From the NCBI GenBank assembly GCA_002269645.1, contig NIVC01000540.1, positions 62,001 through 126,000 on the forward strand: 64,000 nt of DNA, read 5' to 3'. Origin of the DNA: Macrostomum lignano (taxonomy: Eukaryota). Each line of letters starts with the position of its first letter. The stretch's first letter is position 1. This document shows positions 45,071 to 57,419 of the stretch, in pieces. The notes beneath the pieces were generated by a model that did no database searches, was not told the DNA's origin, and saw only the letters and a list, made by a program, of their open reading frames with translations. The position numbers were made by a program, and so were the translations under genes.

Positions 45071-47879
45071 ATGGGCGATTTGATGGCGGATTTGCAGACT
45101 CATTGATGCGCATGAGTTCAAATGAGACAAATATGAGACAGATCTGTTCTTATGCTTACCTTTCAATAATATCATTCAGTTTTAGAGTGAGGTGGGTGTT
45201 GCGGAGTGAGGTGGGTGTTGTGGAGTGAGGTGGGTGTTTGGAGTGAGGTGGGTGTTTGGAGTGAGGTGGGTGTTGTGGAGTAAGGAGGGTGTTGCGAAGT
45301 GAGGTGGGTGTTTGGAGTGAGGTGGGTGTTTGGAGTGAGGTGGGTGTTGTGGAGTAAGGTGGGTGTTGCGGAGTGAGGTGGGTGTTGCGGAGTGAGGTGG
45401 GTGTTGCGGAGTGAGGTGGGTGTTGCGGAGTGAGGTGGGTGTTGCGGAGTAAGGTGGGTGTTGCGGAGTGAGGTGGGTGTTGCGGAGTGAGGTGGGTGTT
45501 GCGGAGTGAGGTGGGTGTTGCGGAGTGAGGTGGGTGTTTGGAGTGAGGTGGGTGTTGCGGAGTGAGGTGGGTGTTGCGGAGTGAGGTGGGTGTTGCGGAG
45601 TGAGGTGGGTGTTGCGGAGTGAGGTGGGTGTTGCGGAGTGAGGTGGGTGTTGCAGAGTGAGGTGGGTGTTATGGATTGAGGTGAGGGTGCTGGAGGGTGA
45701 GGTGTGGGTTCTGGAGAGGGAGGTGAGGGTGCTGGAGGGTGAGGTGAGGGTGCTGGTCGAGTTTAGTGAGATACAGCGAGTGCTCTAAAATATTTAAGTC
45801 CATTAAGACATTATATTGTATTTCATTTTTAACCAGAAGTATGAGTGTTTATATTAAGCCGGCTCTTGTTACGCTTCTTGCACTAGACAGAATCCCTTGT
45901 TAAGCAATAATTTATTAACAGCACTTATGTAATATGAATAGAATTATGTTCAATCAAACTTGTTCGCAATCGCTGCCTGATAGAAAATACAACTCATGAA
46001 AAACAGCAGCTGGAATGCTCAAATCCGCATTGAAGCCTTGGAAGAATACTCTATAAGGTAATTTGATACCTCGCTAAATCTGCGTTCCTGTCTGAACTCA
46101 AGCGAATCTTACAGCCAGCATGCAAATCCTCTCACTGACTGTCTGTTCTTTGAAAAAAACACATTCGACGTATACTCGTGGAAGAGGAAGCACGAATCGA
46201 ATTGCCCTCATCTGATGACACCGAACTGAGCTGATGGGGCTTGAATTCAGTGAGCGATAAATTCTCAGACTCGGCTGTCAACCTGGCATGCGCCCTTTTT
46301 CAGGCTAAACTGGAGATAAAAACACGCAAAGTGCAGATCAACTGTTGAATAGCAAGAAAGGAGTGAGGTGGGTGTCTGGGAAGTGAGATGTGTGTCTGTG
46401 GAGTGAGATGTGTGTCTGTGGAGTGGAGTGGGTGTCTAGGGATAGAGATGTGTCTGTGGAGTGAGGTGGGTGTCTGGAGAGTGAGATGTGTGTCTGTGGA
46501 GTGAGGTGGGTGTCTAGGGATAGAGATGTGTGTCTGTGGAGTGAGGTGGGTGTCTGGAGAGTGAGATGTGTGTCTGTGGAGTGAGGTGGGTGTCTAGGGA
46601 TAGAGATGTGTGTCTGTGGAGTGAGGTGGGTGTCTGGAGAGTGAGATGTGTGTCTGTGGAGTGAGGTGGGTGTCTAGGGATAGAGATGTGTGTCTGTGGA
46701 GTGAGGTGGGTGTCTGGAGAGTGAGATGTGTGTCTGTGGAGTGAGGTGGGTGTCTAGGGATAGAGATGTGTGTCTGTGGAGTGAGGTAAGTGTCTGGGAA
46801 GTGAGGTGTGTGTCTGGGGAGTAAGGTGGGTGTCTGGGAAGTCAGATGGGTGTCTGTGGAGTGAGGTGGGTGTCTGGGGAATGAGATGTGTGTCTGTGGA
46901 GTGAGGTAAGTCTGGGGAGTAAGGTGGGTGTCTGGGAAGTGAGATGTGTGTCTGTGGAGTGAGGTAAGTGTATGGGAAGTGAGGTGGGTGTCTGGGGAGT
47001 GAGGTGGGTGTCTGGGAAGTCAGATGGGTGTCTGTGGAGTGAGGTGGGTGTCTGGGGAATGAGATGTGTGTCTGTGGAGTGAGGTAAGTCTGGGGAGTAA
47101 GGTGGGTGTCTGGGAAGTGAGATGTGTGTCTGTGGAGTGAGGTAAGTGTATGGGAAGTGAGGTGGGTGTCTGGGGAGTGAGGTGGGTGTCTGGGAAGTCA
47201 GATGGGTGTCTGTGGAGTGAGGTAGGTGTCTGGGGAATGAGATGTGTGTCTGTGGAGTGAGGTAAGTCTGGGGAGTAAGGTGGGTGTCTGGGAAGTGAGA
47301 TGTGTGTCTGTGGAGTGAGGTAAGTGTATGGGAAGTGAGATGTGTGTCTGTGGAGTGAGGTAAGTGTATGGGAAGTGAGGTGGGTGTCTGGGGAGTGAGG
47401 TGGGTGTCTGGGGAGTGAGGTGGGTGTCTGGGGAGTGAGGTGGGTGTCTGGGGAGTGAGGTGGGTGTCTGGGGAGTGAGGTGGGTGTACGATCTGGGGTT
47501 GAGAGTGCGAGATGATTTTTAAATATTTTCTTATAAATTGGGAAAGGTGTGCTTTCATTCGAACAACACCAAGTCAGACCGAACTACGCTAATCGTTTTT
47601 AACGTTAATAAACTTATCGAATACATAAACGAATAGATATATACGAGTATAAACTAAATCGCTTGCAGGTTTACGACTCATAAAACTGAGCTTAGGCATG
47701 CATAATTCAGTCGAAATATTTTATAGCCTAAAATCAGTTTCTTCCTTACTGATAGGTCGCAAGCTCGTCCCCGATCATCAGAGCTCACGCGGCTCAACGA
47801 AAACTGCAAAACTCAGTTTTAAGTTTTGGAAGTCAAAGTAAACTGCAAAGTATATATATAGATTGCTGCCTAATTAACA

Positions 47880-48850
47880 ATCCATTCTATTCCACCATCC
47901 ATGATTGGCTAGATTAGCAATCCATTCCATTCCATCATCCATGATTGGCTAGATTAGCAATCCATTCCATTCCATCATCCATGATTGGCTAGATTAGCAA
48001 TCCATTCCATTCCATCATCCATGATTGGCTAGATTAGCAATCCATTCCATTCCATCATCCGTGACTGGCTAGATTAGCAATCCATTCCATTCCATCATCC
48101 GTGACTGGCTAGATTAGCAATCCATTCCATTCCATCATCCATGATTGGCTAGATTAGCAATCCATTCCATTCCATCATCCATGATTGGCTAGATTAGCAA
48201 TCCATTCTATTCCACCATCCATGATTGGCTAGATTAGCAATCCATTCTATTCCACCATCCATGATTGGCTAGATTAGCAATCCATTCTATTCCATCATCC
48301 ATGATTGGCTAGATTAGCAATCCATTCCATTCCATCATCCATGATTGGCTAGATTAGCAATCCATTCCATTCCATCATCCATGATTGGCTAGATTAGCAA
48401 TCCATTCTATTCCACCATCCATGATTGGCTAGATTAGCAATCCATTCTATTCCACCATCCATGATTGGCTAGATTAGCAATCCATTCCATTCCATCATCC
48501 ATGATTGGCTAGATTAGCAATCCATTCCATTCCATCATCCGTGATTGGCTAGATTAGCAATCCATTCCATTCCATCATCCATGATTGGCTAGATTAGCAA
48601 TCCATTCCATTCCATCATCCGTAATTGGCTAGATTAGCAATCCATTCCATTCCATCATCCATGATTGGCTAGATTAGCAATCCATTCCATTCCATCATCC
48701 GTAATTGGCTAGATTAGCAATCCATTCCATTCCATCATCCATGATTGGCTAGATTAGCAATCCATTCTATTCCACCATCCATGATTGGCTAGATTAGCAA
48801 TCCATTCCATTCCATCATCCATGATTGGCTAGATTAGCAATCCATTCTAT
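47880..48850. repeat. 40-bp minisatellite (TCCATTCCATTCCATCATCCATGATTGGCTAGATTAGCAA), ~24 units
   Basis: Highly homogeneous tandem copies. Confidence 0.95.
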
Positions 48851-49424
48851 CATCCAACTCATGCAAACTCATCCAGCTAACATTACGCACTCAGATTATG
48901 CTGTAGCCCAGTGACACGGGGGGAAGGCCGCACAGGGCGGTGAGCAGTTCTTCCCGCCATCAATTAGTACAAAAATTTAGCTTCAGTTGCAGTCAGATAA
49001 GAATGTGCAGATAAAGATTGGATTGGCACAGGCTGGAGCTAACTTTGCTCAGCCATCTCGCTGCCACAGAAGGCTCTGTGCTGAATTCTGGATAAACGGT
49101 ATAGTCCATGGACCATTGTAGATACCAAATATGGATTAGAAACAGAAAATGTATACATATACAGATAAGGGACTTTTACACAGAAAAATAGCAAAAATAC
49201 TAGCAATCCGTGCCCCCGTTATGTATAAACTATATACAGCTTTTGACCTTATAAATTCGATATTGTAAGTGCCCTAATAAAAAAGATTTTTAAAGCAAAA
49301 AAGCATCAGCCCCGGGAGCCAGCTGTCTAGCCTAAGATATTAACATCCCTCATGAGCTTTGGCATCAACGCCTCCCTTTAAGACTTTTGCTTGGCCGACC
49401 AACAACTTCCAATTGACCCTTGAC

Positions 49425-50050
49425 ATCTCAGCAACCCCCTCCATGAGCCACAGCATCTCAGCAACCCCCCTCCATGAGCCACAGCATCTCAGCAACCCCC
49501 CTCCATGAGCCACAGCATCTCAGCAACTCCCCTCGATGAGCCACAGCATCTCAGCAACCCCCCTCCATGAGCCACAGCATCTCAGCAACCCCCCTCCATG
49601 ACCCACAGCATCTCAGCAACCCCCCTCCATGACCCACAGCATCTCAGCAACCCCCCTCCATGAGCCACAGCATCTCAGCAACCCCCCTCCATGACCCACA
49701 GCATCTCAGCAACCCCCCTCCATGAGCCACAGCATCTCAGCAACCCCCTCCATGAGCCACAGCATCTCAGCAACCCCCCTCCATGACCCACAGCATCTCA
49801 GCAACCCCCCTCCATGAGCCACAGCATCTCAGCAACCCCCCTCCATGAGCCACAGCATTTCAGCAACCCCCCTCCATGAGCCACAGCATCTCAGCAACCC
49901 CCCTCCATGAGCCACAGCATCTCAGCAACCCCCTCCATGAGCCACAGCATCTCAGCAACCCCCTCCATGAGCCACAGCATCTCAGCAACCCCCCTCCATG
50001 AGCCACAGCATCTCAGCAACCCCCCCTTCATGAGCCACAGCATCTCAGCA
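49425..50050. repeat. 30-31 bp minisatellite (ATGAGCCACAGCATCTCAGCAACCCCCCTCC), ~20 units
   Basis: Tandem copies. Confidence 0.92.
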
Positions 50051-50646
50051 ATTCAGACGGGTCCGCCCAAAACGTTCCTACAGCGCAGAGAACTGGACGC
50101 GGACAGACTCGCTCAAACAGCAAGCAGACGATTCGCATAGAGTGGCCGACGAACAAGTCACCAGTGCAGCACTCTATCGCCTCGTTTGTCCAGGCAACCT
50201 GTTGCACCGTCGGCGACGCTGCAGGCACCTCACCGGTGATGACAGGCTACTCATCGACTGCTGCGTACTGGCTGACGCCGATGCTGACGTCAGCAGAGCG
50301 CCCAAGCCTTGAGACGGGCCCTCAGACGCTGACATGTAGAAAAAAAATTAAGTTTCTACTCAACGCCCAGTCCAGTGAATTATCCAGGGATCCATGGATT
50401 ACCAAAGCCTTTCCCCATTGGCCAGTGCCGCTCGACGTCACCCCAGCGAGCCCAAATTGAAGCGGACTGCTAAAAGAAGATAAAACAGCCGCTGCCAGCA
50501 GCGCCAGCCGGGACTTTTGCAGCCGAGTGAAGAAAAGCAGAAACAGCTTTCTCAAGGGGAGAAAATCACAGCACTGCTGCTTCCCCTTATCCCGCATTGC
50601 TCAGGTTAACAGGGTTCGATCCGCAGTCCATCCAAAGGTCACTACA

Positions 50647-51950
50647 ATGCCATCAATTACTGACGGCAGCCTCACAGCCAAGCTAGCCGTCCATCTGCTG
50701 CTTCTCGTGCTCATCTCGATGCAGTGCAGCTGCTTTCACATCAACGAAGGTGAGGCTCTGGTTAGCTAGATGTTGGCTGTGGGATTTTGTTCCCAGTTCG
50801 AAATCTCAGCTATTGGGATATCTTCCCTTACATGTTCGTATTTGTTAATTGTTCCAGAAGCAGAGTGCGTGCAGATGTGCATATCAAACAGACTGCAGTG
50901 CTGTATACAGTCGCTGCTCAACTCTGTTCTTAAAGCTGCTGTTTAACTTGGACATGCGTGCTCTGGCTTAGCACCTTTGTGCCACCAGCTGCTGGGCAAA
51001 CATTTGCCTTCATTCTCCAATTTGATGTCTCTGAGGCGCGACACTTTTGGGGGTGGGACAATTTACTAATTTCTTATCACTTTATCGCCTCTACTGTGCC
51101 ACCTGGGCAACTTGGGCAACCAGGTGGCACAGACGGCCATTCAAAGCCAATTAAATTGTTTTCTAGGTAAAAGCAATTGAAATTGGTCGATTTTGGGAGG
51201 TCTGAAAATAATAATAACCAATTTTGATAATTTGGGTTCAGTAAACAAGACTGATTTGCCAATTGTCTGGCTTGACATTTTATTTACAGTAGCTTAATTC
51301 TCATCTCCTACTCACAGTAGTTAGCATTATAACAGAAAGTGCTAAAAATCAGTAATTTATTAGTAATTCTTTACAATAAGCTCGAATTCAGCTTAGGAAA
51401 GGGACTTCCAAATCTGTTCGGGCTCGATGGTTTTGTTTTAATCTTAAGAAACATCCGGTGATACTGGGCTAAAACAAACTGACTCATTTAAAAAAACTCG
51501 TAAAACTCGAAAGAAACTGACAAATGTCCGTTTCTGACCTTTTCAACTATGGCTATAAGGATTGTAGCTCCTTTATGGTTTTGCTTCATTTAAAACTCCG
51601 GTGTTAATGCATTTAAACAAACAGCAATCTCCGACTCTCCGACTACCATAGGCGCTGCTGACAAGGGGGAACAAAATTCTGATGGTATCGAACTCGACGA
51701 GGGAGGCGTCATCAGCATTGACGACGGCCTCCAGGACGGTCTTGGCAACCGCCTGCCAATCGGTCAACACCCTGCCAAGACTAAGCGCTTCATGTACCAC
51801 TCGAACGGCGACTGTCCAGTGTTCCGTGTCCAGTGTTTCAACAGCTACGACTGCTACAGGCAAACCGGCGACTACAACTTTCGCTGCGTGATGCACCGCT
51901 GCGCCGTCAGCTGCTTCGACATGCGGCCGTACATGAAGTCTACGAAGTGA
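50647..51950 (+). CDS. Secreted Cys-rich prepropeptide, copy A, 133 aa, unknown family
   Basis: Exon 1 50647-50749 (MPSITDGSLTAKLAVHLLLLVLISMQCSCFHINE, signal-peptide-like; GTGAGG donor); exon 2 51652-51950 (acidic spacer, KTKR, then FMYHSNGDCPVFRVQCFNSYDCYRQTGDYNFRCVMHRCAVSCFDMRPYMKSTK*). Phase-1 intron, open frame; all 6 Cys kept in the paralog. Confidence 0.82.
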
Positions 51951-52667
51951 CGCCCAAGTCCCATCTGGACTTCAAGCATTGCCTGCCGCGCAATGATGTA
52001 AAACTGCCACAACCGCTGCGTGCACTCATTGAGATCGGCACTTAATGAAAAATGCAAAACAAAATATAAACCGACTGTCGGGCTAATTCCTGGCTTTGGA
52101 ATGTCCTGACCGTCGGAAATCTTCAAGTGCAACAGTACTTAAAGAGCTTAGCAATACTTGGGTATTCATTTCCTCAATGAAAATAGTTGACTAAAACTCT
52201 TTTAATCGGTGAAATTTTGCCAATACTACCTAAAAAACTGTGCTCATAATTAACAACCGATTGCCATAGCAGCTCCATCACCATAGCAACTGGATGAGTT
52301 CAAAGCACGGCTTTATCACCATAGCAGCAAATATATTATGCGGAATGGCGATGCAACCAGTATATAATGCATCCTAAAATTTCATAGCACACCAATATTT
52401 CCCTCAACTTAATGGCCGGGCGTAACGCACTGACTGGAGGGTGAGTTTCAGAGCCGCTCGGGTCACGGATGCCTGAGACAGTCAGTCATAAAGCTCCGTG
52501 TCCATTCAGTCCCCGCGGGAATGGCGCGGACATTCGGAGTCATTTTTACTAGCTGACTGCCATTTCGGTGGGCTGAATCACGCAACTGGAGCAGCTGGGG
52601 AGATGGTAAATCTTCCTCAGGCTTTGACTGACCGACCGCACAGAGTGGATAAATAAAGTAATGAGTC

Positions 52668-53430
52668 TTGCACTGGGATACAAAGGCACTGGGATACTAC
52701 AAGGGCATTGAGATACAAGGGCACTGGGATACAAGGGCACTGGGGTACAAGGGCACTGGGATACAAGGGCACTGGGATACAAGGGCACTGGGATACTACA
52801 AGGGCATTGAGATACAAGGGCACTGGGATACAAGGGCACTGGGGTACAAGGGCACTGGGATACAAGGGCACTGGGATACAAGGGCACTGGGATACAAGGG
52901 CACTGGGGTACAAGGGCACTGGGATACAAGGGCACTGGGATACAAGGGCACTGGGATACAAGGGCACTGGGGTACAAGGGCACTGGGATACAAGGGCATT
53001 GAGATACAAGGGCATTGAGATACAAGGGCACTGAGATACAAGGGCATTGAGATACAAGGGCACTGAGATACAAGGGCACTGGGGTACAAGGGCATTGAGA
53101 TATAAGGGCATTGAGATACAAGGGCACTGGGGTACAAGGGCATTGAGATACAAGGGCACTGAGATACAAGGGCACTGAGATACAAGGGCATTGAGATACA
53201 AGGGCACTGAGATACAAGGGCACTGGGGTACAAGGGCACTGGGATACAAGGGCATTGAGATACAAGGGCATTGAGATACAAGGGCACTGAGATACAAGGG
53301 CATTGAGATACAAGGGCACTGAGATACAAGGGCACTGGGGTACAAGGGCATTGAGATATAAGGGCATTGAGATACAAGGGCACTGAGATACAAGGGCACT
53401 GGGATACAAGGGCATTGAGATATAAGGGCC
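52668..53430. repeat. 16-bp minisatellite (GATACAAGGGCACTGG/A) in the inverted-repeat spacer
   Basis: Tandem copies; source of the SQCPCIPVPLY ORFs. Confidence 0.92.
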
Positions 53431-54858
53431 CTCCTTAAAAGAAACTGGTGGCGCCACACCTGAACTCATCATCCAATCGACCATGCGCATTTGGCTATCC
53501 TAATCAAAGGAGGGAGGTGTTCACAGGGATTCTTCCCAGTCCAGGTGCATTTGCTCAGTCTCCAAGTGTCGGCTATACTTGTGGAGCAGATCAGCGGGAA
53601 GGCCGCTCTAGTGAATCATGTTTTGCTGCTCCATCTCGGGGGGGGGGGGCTACAGACGCCCCCAAGCGGGGGCTTTGCCAGTATTTCTGTCCTCCGAAAG
53701 CAAAATGGAAATCTCTTGTTTCGCCCCACTGTTTGCGCGACTTCTTAAATCAAAATCTAAGATCTCTCTACTCAATAGTATTTCTAAACGAACTTCATTC
53801 AACAGGCCTTGGTAAGAACTCCAGTATTTAATTAACATGGTCTTGTTAGCAGAGAGGAGAAAGGTAGATGAGATTCAGAGACTACCATGAAGAAGGGACG
53901 AGGCGTACTTGATTGAGTCGGGAATCAAGATGGGAAATGTAAAATTGATAAGAAAAGTCAGAAAAGTTTTACAATGCAATGAAATGAATTTTGAGAAGTT
54001 CTGAGATGGGAAAACAGTTGGTATGCGCGAGGGATCCTTGTAGATGATGGAAAGATGCTGGTAGATGGGGAACTTTGAGATGGGGTTGTTTTGAGTATTC
54101 TGTGGCTAAAATTTCTGGGTTGCTATTAAGATCTTTTGATGTTTAAAACGTCAGTTTTTTTAGTCTGTTCTGCAGTGCCTGGTATGTCCCTCTCTAGAGT
54201 GAAAGTAAAGCAGATCTTAGTGATTATTTAACTGCCTTTCAGATTTTTTTCTTGATTTTAAATCAAGTCGAGTAAAGTTTGAGTGAAGGTGATTTTTTAG
54301 AATCTTCACCTTTGATGACCGATATGCGAGTGATTTGGGTACAGGTCGAACGCTGACTTTCAATCTCTGATTGTTCATCTCTGGTCAGTGTCCTCAGTCT
54401 GAGAAGTGGCTTCTACATGACATTTCAATTCTAGAAAAAAGGTGGAGCAGATGCCAATGGAATTACAGAGCTGGAGAGAATAGCCAACTTTGGTGTCACA
54501 CCCAAGTGTCGTTCAATTCTCGAATCAAGTGCATGGCTTCATTCCCCTTTTTACTTTTTATTAATTTTCGTACAAGCGGAAGTCGTTAAAACTGTAGATT
54601 TTCAAAAAGTCGGTCAACTAACGAAGTTAAATTTTAGTACACAGAAGTTCTTATAATAGAAATGAATACCAAAGTATTGCTCAGCTCTTGAAGCACTGTT
54701 GCACTTGAAAATTTCCGGCGATCAGGACATTCCAAAGCCAGGTATCAGCTCGACAATTGATTGAGTTTTTATTTCGCATTTAAAGTTAGTTTGGATCTCA
54801 ATGAGTGCACGCAGCGGTTTGTGGCGGTTTTACATCATTGCGCGGCAGGCAATGGGCG

Positions 54859-56002
54859 TCACTTCGTCGACTTCATATACGGCCGCATGTCGAAACATCT
54901 GACGGTGCAGCCGTGCACAACACAGCGGTAGTAGTAGACACCGGTTTGCCTGTAGCAGTCGTAGCTGTTGAAACACCCCACACGGAACACCGGACAGTCG
55001 CCGTTCGAGTGGTACAAGAAGCGCTTACGATTATACTTGACGGTGCGTTGACCGTTTGGCAAGCGGTTGCCAAGGCCATCGCTAGCTCTGATGACGCCTC
55101 CTTCGTCGAGTCCGATTACGTCCAAATTTTTTTCTGTTTCGCCTTCGGTAGTCGGATAGTCGGAGATTGCTTTTTGTTTAAATGTACTTACACCGGAACT
55201 TTTTTTATTAAAACAAAACTATCGAGCCCGAACAGATTTGGAAGTCCCTTTCCTAAGCTGAATTCGAGCTTATTGTAAAGAATTACTAATAAATTACTGA
55301 TTTTTAGCACTTTCTGTTATAATGCTAACTACTGTGAGTAGGAGATGAGAATTAAGCTACTGTAAATAAAATGTCAAGCCAGACAATTGGCAAATCAGTC
55401 TTGTTTACTGAACCCAAATTATCAAAATTGGTTATTATTATTTTCAGACCTCCCAAAATCGACCAATTTCAATTGCTTTTACCTAGAAAACAATTTAATT
55501 GGCTTTGAATGGCCGTCTGTGCCACCTGGTTGCCCAAGTTGCCCAGGTGGCACAGTAGAGGCGATAAAGTGATAAGAAATTAGTAAATTGTCCCACCCCC
55601 AAAAGTGTCGCGCCTCAGAGACATCAAATTGGAGAATGAAGGCAAATGTTTGCCCAGCAGCTGGTGGCACAAAGGTGCTAAGCCAGAGCACGCATGTCCA
55701 AGTTAAACAGCAGCTTTAAGAACAGAGTTGAGCAGCGACTGTATACAGCACTGCAGTCTGTTTGATATGCACATCTGCACGCACTCTGCTTCTGGCAAAA
55801 TTAACAAATACGAACATGTAAGGGAAGATATCCCGATAGCTGAGATTTCAAACTGGGAATAAAATCCCACAGCCAACATCTAGCTAACCAGAGCCTCACC
55901 TTCGTTGATGTGAAAGCAGCTGCACTGCATCGAGATGAGCACGAGAAGCAGCAGATGGACGGCTAGCTTGGCTGTGAGGCTGCCGTCAGTAATTGATGGC
56001 AT
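54859..56002 (-). CDS. Secreted Cys-rich prepropeptide, copy B, 128 aa
   Basis: Exon 1 55900-56002 (same protein sequence as copy A exon 1); exon 2 54859-55142 (GETEKNLDVIGLDEGG...YNRKR, then FLYHSNGDCPVFRVGCFNSYDCYRQTGVYYYRCVVHGCTVRCFDMRPYMKSTK*). Confidence 0.82.
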
Positions 56003-57419
56003 TGTAGTGACCTTTGGATGGACTGCGGATCGAACCCTGTTAACCTGAGCAATGCGGGATAAGGGGAAGCAGCAGTGCTGTGATTTTCTCCCCTTGAGAA
56101 AGCTGTTTCTGCTTTTCTTCACTCGGCTGCAAAAGTTCCGGCTGGCGCTGCTGGCAGCGGCTGTTTTATCTTCTTTTAGCAGTCCGCTTCAACTCGGATT
56201 CCGACACTAATCGATTTGATAATAATCAGGCAGCGGGTAAAAGTATCGTGTTGGGAGAAATTCGAACTAAGGCACATTTCCCTTTTTACCGATTTCTTTA
56301 AGAATAGTGAATATAAAACTAATGAGTTTATGGAGTGAAAAATTTGTCCTGAAATTGGCTCATTGGGGGATAAACAAGTGGCAGGTAAAATCATGTTGAA
56401 ATATTTTGAGCTAAATAACTCGCCATTTTTCCCATTTTCTTCGGGAAAATATACGAATATTCCCAAACGATGAATTCTGACGTACAAATAGGATTAATGA
56501 GATCGGGAAAAATTCTGTCCGGAAAGTGGTTTACTGAAGATTCAGCAAGCAACAGGTAAAAGTATCGTATCTGAAGATTTTTGTCAATTTCTTTGCGAAT
56601 AATAATTATAGGACAAATGGGATTATAAAGGTCGTGAAAAATTCAATCCTGAAAACCACCTTTCTTGAAATCTGGTAGTTAGGGATTTTACAAATGGGAA
56701 TAAAGCTGGTAGATAAGGGGGACGTTGTACGATCTAAAATTTTTAAATCATTCGAATCTTTGAGGCTAAACAATTTTATAACAAGTCGTCATCAAGTTAT
56801 ATTGCTTGCTTGCTTTCATAAGCTCAAACTTTAACATAGTCAAATCCTGCTACGAGTTTGTTTGAGTTCGTTATTTATTGGTCACCTCCGCTAGCTCACC
56901 ACTGAAGCAAACTCGAGGAAGTGTAAAGTTTTGAGCCTGTGAAAGCGACAATGTAAATAGGAAAGTGGAAAGTCGTCGAAGCCGAAAATATTAATTTGTG
57001 TAAAAAGCTTATAAGATAAAATTATGTTAATTAAATATGAACGGGATAATGTATAAAACTTGGATATTCAATCACTATATGTTAGATCAAGACCAGGAAT
57101 ACTTTTCAGGCAATTTTTCAACCTCTGATGAAGCTTAGGAGAGCTAGTATAGAGTCTTAAACTGCAGTCAGCTATAGTCTAAGCAGACTTAGCAAATAAA
57201 GTTGGCCAAGAAAGTCAAATAAAGAATGAGAGGGAAAGGATCGGATGCGTGGGCAGGTTGCCAAAGGCTTTCTAACTTCGAGTATGAAAATCAATAAATC
57301 TTGCTTGTTTGCAAGATCAGCGAGCGCGGCCTCCCCAAGCATTTACTTACCGCGACCTCTGACCTGCCAATCACCTGATCTTGCCGACTCAAGAGAGATC
57401 GTGTCGTTTGAGCGGCTAA

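Larger units (their letters stand above)
50457..56192. repeat. Large inverted duplication: arms ~50457-52173 and ~54660-56192, ~2.5-kb spacer
   Basis: Arms are reverse complements; the ORF track shows identical translations on opposite strands (50527/55880, 50958/55479, 51077/55387). Confidence 0.95.

Noticed and set aside
51682-51891. Thr/Ala-rich mucin-like ORFs (also 54873..55079)
   Set aside because: Alternative frame of the Cys-rich peptide exon; the spliced frame gives the conserved Cys framework and a shared stop.
52549-53490. Cys-rich SQCPCIPVPLY ORFs resembling metallothionein or keratin-associated proteins
   Set aside because: The 16-bp unit cycles through all frames and is open in several at once, the signature of non-coding repeat.
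50647-56002. Positive selection on the peptide pair
   Set aside because: About 8 synonymous versus 9 amino-acid-changing codons in the mature region does not indicate dN/dS above 1; conversion of the 5' part explains the contrast.
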